From NCBI GenBank assembly GCA_010909165.1, contig VJWM01000117.1, forward strand, positions 744,001 to 808,000: DNA of 64,000 bases, given 5' to 3'. Positions 34,430 through 44,878 of the stretch are shown here, one piece after another. The notes beneath the pieces are model-generated. The model saw only the letters and a program-made list of their open reading frames with translations. It searched no databases and was not told the origin of the DNA. Position 1 is the stretch's first letter. Every line of letters begins with the position of its first letter. Both the position numbers and the translations under genes were made by a program. Source of the DNA: Anthoceros angustus (lineage: Eukaryota; Plantae; Anthocerotophyta).

Positions 34430-34850
34430 CCTATGCCCTTACTCAACTGCCTAGGTACTTAAGTCCTTTCCGTATGCTTTTACAAAGATCTTGGAATCAA
34501 GTATCTCCTATGGCTTTCCTAATGTCTTCGAATCACAAACCAAATGTCGAACATGGCTTTGCTCAAGTGGACTCCCTCTGCCTTTACTCAAGTCTTGGAA
34601 TCAAACATTGATTTTCAGAGAACATGGTTTTCCTGCACATGTCTTTGAAGTACTCAAGTCTAAGTAGATTTGAGGACATGTGGCTTTGGAGTACGAGAAG
34701 ACAAGGGGACGAGGGAGGCGGGATCGGTGGGTTTCCAAAGACAAGAATGAGCATTTGTTTGGGGATGGGTTGCTCAAATCTTCGAATCAAATTGGTATGA
34801 GTTTTCGGAAACATGGCTTTGCAGTGGCCCTGTGCACTACTAGGTATGCC
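34430..34850. repeat. Diverged direct repeat, colinear with 36190-36530 (upstream regions of the two protease copies)
   Basis: Shared ordered motifs CTTTACTCAAGTCTT..AATCAAA, CATGTCTTTG(A/G)AGTAC and AAACATG(G/T)CTTTGCAGT(G/A)GCCC. Confidence 0.65.
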
Positions 34851-35033
34851 ATAGCCTCCTCCTCGTGATACGAAGCGAGACCCAAAGCGTGTAAAATTCA
34901 ATCAATCACTGTAGAGTAATTTCAGATCTTTAAAGATATCATCGGCAGCTTTTGCCAAGTGAGGCGTGCGAAGAGATGGAAGATGCTCTCAATTGCTATG
35001 AAGAGATCAAAGGATCGGATTCATACAAAATTT

Positions 35034-35611
35034 TCAAGGAAGAGAAGCAAATCCGGGCGGCCAGTAGTACATTCCACACAGCCCCGCGGTGTTGCTTGGA
35101 TATCGCAGCATGCACATGAATCCGAGCTCTCCCCACCAGGTGCCCCACGAGTTCTTGAGAACCCAGAAATTTTCCTCGCTGCTGGCGTTGGTGCCGTATC
35201 CGACCACCAGCATGGCGTGATCGACTGTGGTCCCGCACGGGCCGGTGAACACTCCTCCTGCGTAGTGCTGGCGGTGTCGATCTTGCTTGCCGACATCGCC
35301 TTGAACTCGGGGTTTGTCATGTCCGAAAATTGGTTCAGTCCCAAGTCGTATGCGGCTTCTCGATTCCGAGAGTGAATGTAGAAGAAGTTGTCGATGAAGA
35401 TAGAAAACCGACACTTCCTTTCTTCATGGCTTTGATACACACGTCCGTGTTGCATCGCCCACTTATCGAACAACGCTTCAAGTGATTCTGCAGACTTGAC
35501 ATCGTCTCCGGTATATCCATGAAGAGCCTTATCAGCAACCACCTTGGCCACAGCAACGCCCAACAACGCTACTGTCAACATCATAAGCAAGGAAAGCATC
35601 GCAGCTGCCAT
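35034..35611 (-). pseudogene. Papain-like (C1A) cysteine protease with an internal deletion removing the catalytic Cys region
   Basis: Signal peptide and I29 prodomain (EERKCRFSIFIDN, GLNQFSDMT) join with a frameshift and no splice sites to QHYAGGVFTGPCGTTVDHAMLVVGYG...FWVLKNSWG. No QGxCGSCW motif. Confidence 0.85.
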
Positions 35612-38058
35612 ACAAAGAAAGCTAATAGAAATCTGAACTCAAGGATGTCTCTTTGTGCAATGAGGAGAATGCATTCGACGGCCTACGCCTCATAGTGGCC
35701 ACCTCCACCAAGTAAGAGAAAGAGGCTTGATAAGAAAGTAAAAAGGTCTTCAAGCCAGACCAGTGGTTTTTGTCTGGCTCTACCGAAGTCTTGGGCTCCT
35801 GGTTGGAAAAGCTGGCGGCGTCCTTCTTGCCTATAGTAAAGGATGGCTTCCTTGTGTTTTATTTTTTCGTCTGTCTTTAGGAGCTACACAAGCTGTGTGT
35901 AACTTGGGTACACAAGGACATGCTGAGATGAGAACTGCGTGGTTCATCAAACTTGGGCCCAAATCAGTACATGATGAGATTCGGAGCGAGATCATACTGT
36001 GCTCCTTTGGGGATCCGGTTGCTGATATTGTGTTCCCTTGGGGGAACGGATTGTTGTTACTGTGACCCCTACCGTTCCGTTCCGTTCTCGATATTGCTAT
36101 CGTTCTTCAGGAAAGCTCCACTCTACATACATATCTTTCACAGTTCAGATCGCTTTACTCAAGTCTTCGAATCAGATGCTATGCAGTACCCTAGGCCATT
36201 TCGCAATTGTCCAGGTACTCAAGTCGATTCCGTGTGCCCTTTACTCAAGTCTTAAAATCAAATATTTTCTATGCCTATCCCTCATTTTTATATATTTTTA
36301 AACTTGGCTTTGCGGTTATCAATTGGACTTCATGTGCCTTTACTCAAGTCTTCCAATCAAATATTAACTTAAAAAAAAATTGGTGTTCCAGCAAAGGCAT
36401 GTCTTTGGAGTACCTACTCAAGTTAAGTTGATTTCAAGGGAGCATATGGCTTTGCAATATTCATAAGTCTTTGAATCAAATGGGTAGATAAGTACGTTTC
36501 AAAAACATGTCTTTGCAGTAGCCCCACTAGGCTCCTAGTGGGATATTGCATCACATTTTGGGTATCACTCAACATTTTTGCACATCTGGGGCAAAACCTG
36601 TCTGTCACAGTTATGAATGATACATGATAATGATCAGCTCATTCTAATATTCTTGAATTTTGTATCAATAAATAACTTATTCTTTAGTCACCTGAGTTGA
36701 AAGAAATCTTAGGGTACAAGTTACCTTGGCCATGTTCTAGACCTTGTTTAAAGTATTATAAATTGCAATTAGGGATCTGTGGAAGAAGATCAAAAGATGA
36801 GGTAATATAAATAAAAGATGTACATAATTTTTAAGATATGAGGTAAACGTGAGATAAAAGACTCGTTTTGAGTGAATTCAACAATATGGGGTTAATTGCG
36901 TGTGCTTGCTAAGCACATGGGTTCGTCCCCAATACTTCGGATTTCAAACATTCATTCATTCAAATGATGAATCTCTTTGGGAGTGCCCGCTGAGTTCTAG
37001 GAGTGTGCCTCCTAAGCACATAGCTTCGCCTACGGGAGTTCAAATTTCTTAGGCTGCATTTACTGTTGATGTATCTATACCGTGGTTAATGGAATTTCTT
37101 TCCTCAAAAGTGAAGTTTTATCTCAAAAGAAGTCTTCAAATGAAACAAGTGTTAATTTTTAGGAAGTACATAAGCCTTAACAATAGTGTTTTATGGCATG
37201 CGTTAAATATTCTTAATTAACTCTAGAAGCTCCATAGTTGGAAAACAAAAATATTCTTAATTAACTCTAGGAGCTCCATCGTTGGGAATGAAACTCGTTC
37301 GCGCTAGTTAATTACCCCCGTGGAATGTTACAAAGTTCTTTAAGAAACTTGAAACCAATATTTAAAATAGACTCAAATAATAATTATATATGAATTTTTA
37401 ATCTCATACAAGGCATGTTTGGACGTCAAGTTCCAATCCCGAATACATGAGGTAACTTTTAACTTCGCTTCCTGCTGCCTATGAATGTAGTGAATACAAA
37501 ATGACCAAGCCAACATCAAGTCGACTACATTTGTTGACAATGTACATTTCACAGCTTACAATGAAAGAAAAGTTGTAAGAAGATGTTTGAACTGTGAACT
37601 GCATTTGGTCTCTATATGGCTCACATTTTGCCTATTATTTATAATAATATCAGACTCCATCACGATCCTAGAAACATGTGCGGTATCTCCTGGATAGAAT
37701 TCCCAACTGCTTTTAACATAATCTGCCTAAAAGAGATAGGTTCTTGCTTTGATTTTTTAGCTTTGAGTTTTATAACATCTTTGAATTTCTGGCCTCAAAC
37801 TTTACAATAAGTAGACCATAGTGGAGGAAGGTATGGAATCTTTTCTACTGATAATTTTCATAAAGGTTAACCAAATAAATGAGTTCAATTATTTTTATGT
37901 TTTATGTTTTATATTTATAAAGCTCATAAATATCCTAAATTATCTTTCTTTTATTTTGCTCCAACTTCCAACCTGTGTGGTTTAATGAATCCATTCATTG
38001 TCTGATTGATTCCACATTTAGGTATTTGGCATCCGACGATCAAAGATAGGTGATCCCA

Positions 38059-38844
38059 TCAACTGTTGTGTGGAATGTGTGTAATCTCGTAGGGGTCGCC
38101 GTAGACCTTCCAGTGAAGCGGCAGGTTGAGATCAAAGTTCTTTTCGCGGAGGAAAACGAGCTGCTCGGTATCGACGCGGCTGGTATCCTGGTGAGCGGCC
38201 TCCTTACGCATCTCCTTCTTGCGCTCGTCCAGAAACACGCTCAACCAGACGGTCTCGTCGCCGCGGGCAGAGGGCGGATGCGCTCTTTTGAGCGCGCGAG
38301 CCCGGATGGCCTCCATTCCGTCGGCTCCATGCATCACGGCCGCGTCGTAGTACGCGAACTGCCCCAGCGGACGGAGCCCGTCCCGCTCTCCTTGCGCGAC
38401 CGAGGGATTGAAGTACATGCTGTCGCGCATGTCGTCCTGCGCCTTCTGGAACACGGGGTCCTTGGCCGCCGTCCGCCAGTCGCGCGGGAAGAAGGGGTCC
38501 AGGCCCTTGTGGGAAGGGCTCCCTTCCGCGGCCAGCTTCCGCAAAGCCGGCAGGTACCTGGCCAGCACGTTGCCCTCAGGTTTCCGATTCGCGTAGAGCT
38601 CCACCACCTGCACCATGTCCCCTGTGCCCGAGCAGAACCCTACGATCCCCGCCGTGTAGCCTCTCCCATCCCCGATGTCCTCGATGTACGCGTACTGAGC
38701 TCTCCAGTTCAGCGACGAGTTCTCCGCGCTCGACACCAGCTCCTGCGCGATCTCCTTCAGTTTCGGGTCGGCCAGCGATGGCCCGCCGGCCCCGCAAGTG
38801 CGTAGCGCTACTAAGAGCAGCAACAATGCGCCCCTGAACTCCAT
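38059..38844 (-). CDS. csn: Secreted GH46 chitosanase, intronless, 261 aa, actinobacterial-like
   Basis: Signal peptide MEFRGALLLLLVALRTCGAG, then KEIAQELVSSAENSSLNWRAQYAYIEDIGDGRGYTAGIVGFCSGTGDM...LGQFAYYDAAVMHG...FLDERK...AAHQDTSRVDTEQLVFL...WKVYGDPY. Colinear with Streptomyces N174-type chitosanases; catalytic Glu (SAENS), Asp (GDGRG) and Thr (GYT) present. Confidence 0.93.
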   Translation of the reverse strand: MEFRGALLLLLVALRTCGAGGPSLADPKLKEIAQELVSSAENSSLNWRAQYAYIEDIGDGRGYTAGIVGFCSGTGDMVQVVELYANRKPEGNVLARYLPALRKLAAEGSPSHKGLDPFFPRDWRTAAKDPVFQKAQDDMRDSMYFNPSVAQGERDGLRPLGQFAYYDAAVMHGADGMEAIRARALKRAHPPSARGDETVWLSVFLDERKKEMRKEAAHQDTSRVDTEQLVFLREKNFDLNLPLHWKVYGDPYEITHIPHNS

Positions 38845-38914
38845 GACTAGTTCCTCCTTGATACACCCTGAAAGCGAGCAGTGATGTCGTTCGAACACAA
38901 TCTGTACTACAAAC

Positions 38915-39545
38915 CTAGGCACGGAGGCAAGCAAAGAGCGAGATTGATCAGTCTTTAAAAAACACCAGTACTACAATCCTAGGCACAGAGGCAAGCAAAG
39001 AGCGATTTGATCACTTTCAAACACTCCAGTACCACAACCCTAGGCACAGAGGCAAGCAAAGATCAGACATGTCAATATGATGACTAGCCTATGCAGGGAG
39101 GCACGCAAGGGCTGATGTCTTTCAGACACAGAAGCAAGCAAAGACTAATGTCTGCCGGACACGCGCATTACTTCTAAACCCTATGCAGAGCTCGAGGCAA
39201 GCGGAGACTGACATCTTTCAGACACGTTTACTACTTCTAAAGCCTGTGCAGAGAGGCAAGCAGAGATCGATGCCTTTCAGACGCTTCTTCCAAAATCCTT
39301 ATGCAGCGAGGCAAACAGAGACTGATGTCTTTCAGACACATCATTACTACAGTGCTATCAGCTACTTAGCCTAAGCAGAGAGGCAAGCAGAGTCTGATGT
39401 CTTTCCGACACATCACTACCGTAGTGCCATCTGCAGCTACCTAGCCTATGCAGAGAAGCTGATGTCCTTCAGACACATCACTACTACTGTGGCATCGCTA
39501 CTTAGCCTATGCAGAGAGGCAAGCAAAGGGTGATGTCTTTCAAGC
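38915..39545. repeat. Degenerate tandem array (~10 units of ~50-75 bp) immediately upstream of the chitosanase
   Basis: Recurrent core AGAGGCAAGCA(A/G)AGA...TGATGTCTTTCAGACAC and CCTAGGCACAGAGGCAAGCAAAG. Confidence 0.85.
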
Positions 39546-39689
39546 ATATCAGGTCACTTAACCCTAATATGAGAGACGCATGCACACAGCAGGAACGTTG
39601 TTGAACTGCCTCGGATCCGACAACAGCGGTGCAGACTGCCTCTCCAATGCTGTCGAGGCTGGGACGGAAACGCTTCTTGTCTGGATCCT

Positions 39690-40030
39690 AATGAAGAAGT
39701 CAGCACCCGGACCGTCACCTACCTGGACCTCTGGACAGCTACTGGCGGCACTTGCAAGGATCCCAGATTTCAGGATTACAGGGAAATTGTTGAAGTGCTC
39801 CACAAGAATTGGCGGTGAGCATGAGCTCTCGCCGAGGACTTCTTCGGAGGCCGATCGATTTCTGCACCTGGTCAAGCTGAACTTATAACTGCTTCACTGT
39901 CACAGCTGGAAGAAAAGCATCCTCGATTTCAAGGATTCCAGAGATGTTCAGAGATTCCAAGGATCCATGAGCTTGATTTAGAGTGAATCTTGCTGCCAGA
40001 CGAAAGCCTGCCGCTGGAACTTGCTGTTGG
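39690..40030 (+). pseudogene. Possible decayed leucine-rich-repeat (NLR-like) fragment
   Basis: Frameshifted pieces TYLDL(S), ARIPDFR, LHLVKLNL..C and ELDL resemble LxxLxLxxC repeats; weak. Confidence 0.3.
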
Positions 40031-40525
40031 CCGCTTGATCACATCGTCCACAGTCGGCGCAATTACGTCCCCAGATAGGTGACTTCGCCTCGGGTTGTCG
40101 CTCACCAGGTCATAAAGATCATCACATCGGTAGGTCCGAAAGCCGCCAGGAACATGGATTTACGCTTCCTACTCGCATCTCCTTCACAAACCTTGACAAG
40201 AATTGGTCGGTAAATCCATGTCCATCTCTAGCATGAGAGATGCCGATGAACCGCTTGCAATTTTGCATGACAAACATCAATTCTACTCTACTAGACGAAC
40301 ACGTATAATCCTCATAACTGCGCAGGAGGTGAAGAACAATGCTGCTTGTTATGGCCGAAAGGAGCTGACAAAGCAAGATTCCAAGCAAGAAGATTGGACT
40401 TGCAGCATGCTACAAACACGTCAAGTCCAGACAACGGAACGATCCACGGAAATAGTCAGTTCGACTCCATCCCTTCAGCATTTACAGTCCTCTTCCATGC
40501 ATACATTACTCGTCAAGACCCCTTG

Positions 40526-43500
40526 CCATACATCGCTCGTCGATACAAATTTAACCCCTGAATGCCGAATGGGTTTTTGGCCTATTTTCGCCCACATCAC
40601 GATTCCTAATTTTCATTATTTCATGGCGCTGCAAAAATTCAGTCCCTTCACATGGCAAATACGAGTTTACTGCCCTTTATGCGGTGGTGTGTGGAAGAAA
40701 ACTACTCCACTACTTTCTTTCCTTACCAAATTTTGGAAGCCATGGCCATGCCATGATCATAGGCACGTCAAAAACTTCACCACTTCGCTATAATCGACTC
40801 TAGTTTTTCTTATTTGCTATGATAGAGAAGTAATAGATAGTTGCAAATTAAATTTTTTTACTATACAAGGAGTAATAAAATTTTTATTAACCCTCCATCA
40901 AGAAATGTTTTTCTTCTAATTTATTCAATTTTCCAAGAATATAAAATAAGTTTTCACATTACCCCTCACACTTTTGGTTTTTGATGGATGTTTGAGCTAC
41001 ATGAGCAAGACCCTCTATCACCATTGGGCTCATTATCTTGCACTTGGAGTTGAGTATGTTTGCTCATGCTTATGAACATTATATTTATGCATTTGTTGTT
41101 GAACATATTGCTCATGTTCAAGCACATTATACTTATACATTCGTGTTGAACATATTGCTCATGTTCATGAACATTACACTCATGCATAAATTTGTTGTTA
41201 AACATGCTGCTCATGCTCATGCACATTACACTGTTGTTGAACATATTGCTCATTTGATATAGTATGTACATTTGATAGAATTTGAGCTATATACGCAAGT
41301 TTCTCTTTTATTATTTGGCTCATGATCTTGCGTTAAAGTTGATACTCATCACACCTATGCATTTGTTGTGAAACATAATTAAGCGCATTTAATTTCTTGA
41401 TAGAAAAGAAGAAAGTTTTTATGTACAAGACCTTAGTGGAGTAGTAATATTATTCTTATTATTATAATTACATTATTAATAAAATAATAAAGAAGTATCG
41501 ATTGCAAACCAAGGTTCTTTTACTATAGAAAATGCTTTATAATAATAAAATCTACTTTTTATAATAAAACTTTGAAAATTATGTAGCTAAGAGATAATAA
41601 TGTAGTATTAATTAATTAATATAAAATAATAAAGAAGTGATAAATCAAGTTAATCTATAAAATAATTAAACTTTATACAAGAAGAAAAAATAATGTAGGA
41701 AACTCCATCAAGTTTAGGTCCTAGCCCTTTGCACCTTGGAAGCTCTCGTGTTAAGTGCCTACGACCTACTTCTTGCTCTAGTGTAACTGTTTTTTGAAAA
41801 TAGAGTCTTTCAAACTATGATGCAAAGCAGGTAAAATCAAATTTCCTAGTATTAGGAAATCTGTCCTCATCAAGCCGCAAATTCTTGCGAGGCATGGTGC
41901 AGCAATTTCATAACCGGCAAGATTAATTCATCAAGAAACATCTATATGAAAGCATGGTTTGGTGGTACACTTCTGTACCATATGGCTGTGGTACACTTGG
42001 TTACTTTTGAGAGATGAGAGAGAGATGTGAGAGAATGATGTGAGAGAGTCCAAGTTTCACTAAATTAATATTTTACGTTTTATATTTAACTATATTTTAT
42101 TTCATTAGTCGATTTTTATCTTACTTTTAACTTATCTTTTTTAACTCGCTTTGAGGTCAACGACCGCCACCTCCGCCTCACCACCTCCGCCTCCTCCTCC
42201 CGCCTCCACTGCTACATGTGCCTACGAACTTCGACGGCTGGTCATCTTGACCTCATCGCCGGTCTTGCCCTCTGCTGGTCTTGCCCTCTGCTGTTGCTAG
42301 TCTCGCCTTTTGCCGCCCGGCCGGTCCTCCGCCTCGCTGCCACGTCCCGCCGTTGCTGCTGGTCTCGCCTTTTGCTGCTGCTGGTCTTGCCCTCTGCTGG
42401 TCACGCCTCTGCTGCTGGTCTCGCTGCCGCCGGTCCCGCCTGCTGCTGGTCACGCCTCTGCTGCTGCTGGTCTCGCCTCTTCCGCCGCTCGCTTTCTGCT
42501 CCTCGCTATCACTGGGTCCCGCCTGGCTCTACCGCTCTGGTCCTACCTTTGTCGCCTCGCCTTTGCTCATCTTTAAGATGAATCTTTAATGAAGATGAGA
42601 ATTAAATGCAAGATAACTCAAGAACAAGATCATTTGATCCTCGCTTTAATACCATGTATCATTTGCTAACACATAATACACACCTAAGCTCCCATACATC
42701 GCTCGTCGATACAAATTTAACCCTGAATGCCGAATGGGTTTTGGCCTATTTTCGCCCACATCACGATTCCTAATTTTCATTATTTCATGGCGCTGCAAAA
42801 ATTCAGTCCCTTCACATGGCAAATACGAGTTTACTGCCCTTTATGCGGTGGTGTGTGGAAGAAAACTACTCCACTACTTTCTTTCCTTACCAAATTTTGG
42901 AAGCCATGGCCATGCCATGATCATAGGCACGTCAAAAACTTCACCACTTACTGGCTATAACTGACCTCTAGTTTTTCTTATTTGCTATGATAGAGAAGTA
43001 ATAGATAGTTGCAAATTAAATTTTTTTACTATACAAGGAGTAATAAAATTTTTATTAACCCTCCATCAAGAAATGTTTTTCTTCTAATTTATTCAATTTT
43101 CCAAGAATATAAAATAAGTTTTCACATTACCCCTCACACTTTTGGTTTTTGATGGATGTTTGAGCTACATGAGCAAGACCTCTATCACCATTGGGCTCAT
43201 TATCTTGCACTTGAGTTGAGTATGTTTGCTCATGCTTATGAACATTATATTTATGCATTTGTTGTTGAACATATTGCTCATGTTCAAGCACATTATACTT
43301 ATACATTCGTGTTGAACATATTGCTCATGTTCATGAACATTACACTCATGCATAAATTTGTTGTTAAACATGCTGCTCATGCTCATGCACATTACACTGT
43401 TGTTGAACATATTGCTCATTTGATATAGTATGTACATTTTGATAGGAATTTGAGCTATATACGCAAGTTTCTCTTTTATTATTTGGCTCATGATCTTGCC

Positions 43501-44878
43501 GTTAAAGTTGATACTCATCACACCTATGCATTTGTTGTGAAACATAATTAAGCGCATTTAATTTCTTGATAGAAAAGAAGAAAGTTTTTATGTACAAGAC
43601 CTTAGTGGAGTAGTAATATTATTCTTATTATTATAATTACATTATTAATAAAAATAATAAAGAAGTGACTGACGATTGCAAACCAAGGTTCTTTTACTAT
43701 AGAAAATGCTTTATAATAATAAAAATCTACTTTTTATAATAAAACTTTGAAAATTATGTAGCTAAGAGATAATAATGTAGTATTAATTAATTAATATAAA
43801 AATAATAAAGAAGTGATAAATCAAGTTAATCTATAAAATAATTAAACTTTATACAGTAAGAAAAAAATAATGTAGGAAACTCCATCAAGTTTAGGTCCTA
43901 GCCCTTTGCACCTTGGAAGCTCTCGTGTTAAGTGCCTACGACCTACTTCTTGCTCTAGTGTAACTGTTTTTTGAAAATAGAGTCTTTCAAACTATGATGC
44001 AAAGCAGGTAAAATCAAATTTCCTAGTATTAGGAAATCTGTCTCATCAAGCCGCAAATTCTTGCGAGGCATGAAAAGCAATTTCATAACCGGCAAGATTA
44101 ATTCATCAAGAAACATCTATATGAAAGCATGGTTTGGTGGTACACTTCTGTACCATATGGCTGTGGTACACTTGGTTACTTTTGAGAGATGAGAGAGAGA
44201 TGTGAGAGAATGATGTGAGAGAGTCCAAGTTTCACTAAATTAATATTTTACGTTTTATATTTAACTATATTTTTATTTTACTGTAGTCGATTTTTTATCT
44301 TACTTTTAACTTATCTTTTTTTAACCTGTTTTGAGGTCAACGACCGCTTACCTCCGGCCTCACCACCTCCGCTTCCTCCTCCCGCCTCCACCTGCTTACA
44401 TGTGCCTACGCGAACTTCGGCTTCTGCTGCTGGTCATCTTGACCTCTACTGCTGGTCTTGCCCTTTGCTGCTGCTGCTGGTCTTGCCCTCTGCTAGTCCG
44501 CCTTTTGCTGCTGCTGCTGCTGGTCCCGCCCCGTCTCGGTCATTGCCTGTGTCCTTTGCGCCGCTGCCCCGCCTCGCCATCGCTGGTCCCGCTTTACCGC
44601 CGCTGGTCCCGCCTGCTGCTGGTCACGCCCTCTGCTGCTGGTCTCCGCAGCCCTCGCCGTTGCCGCTGGTCTCGCCTCTTCCGCCGCATCGCTTCTCGCA
44701 CGCCGGGTCCGCCCGCTTCACTGGTCCTACCTTTGTCGCCTCGCCCGCTCATCTTTAAGATGAATCTTTAATGAAGATGAGAATTAAATGCAAGATAACT
44801 CAAGAACAAGATCATTTGATCCTGCTTTAATACCATGTATCATTTGCTAACACATAATACACACCTAAGCTCCCATAC
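40526..44878. repeat. Head-to-tail 2.17-kb duplication of a mostly AT-rich, probably TE-derived segment
   Basis: 40526-42691 is approximately 42692-44878; the junction falls at CCATAC. Internal TGTTGAACATATTGCTCATG repeats and a GC-rich CTG/CGC low-complexity tract. Confidence 0.9.

Noticed and set aside
38915-39545. Repeat array considered as a CRISPR array co-transferred with the bacterial gene
   Set aside because: Units are degenerate and of variable length, the intervening sequence is also homologous between units (no unique spacers), and there are no cas genes.
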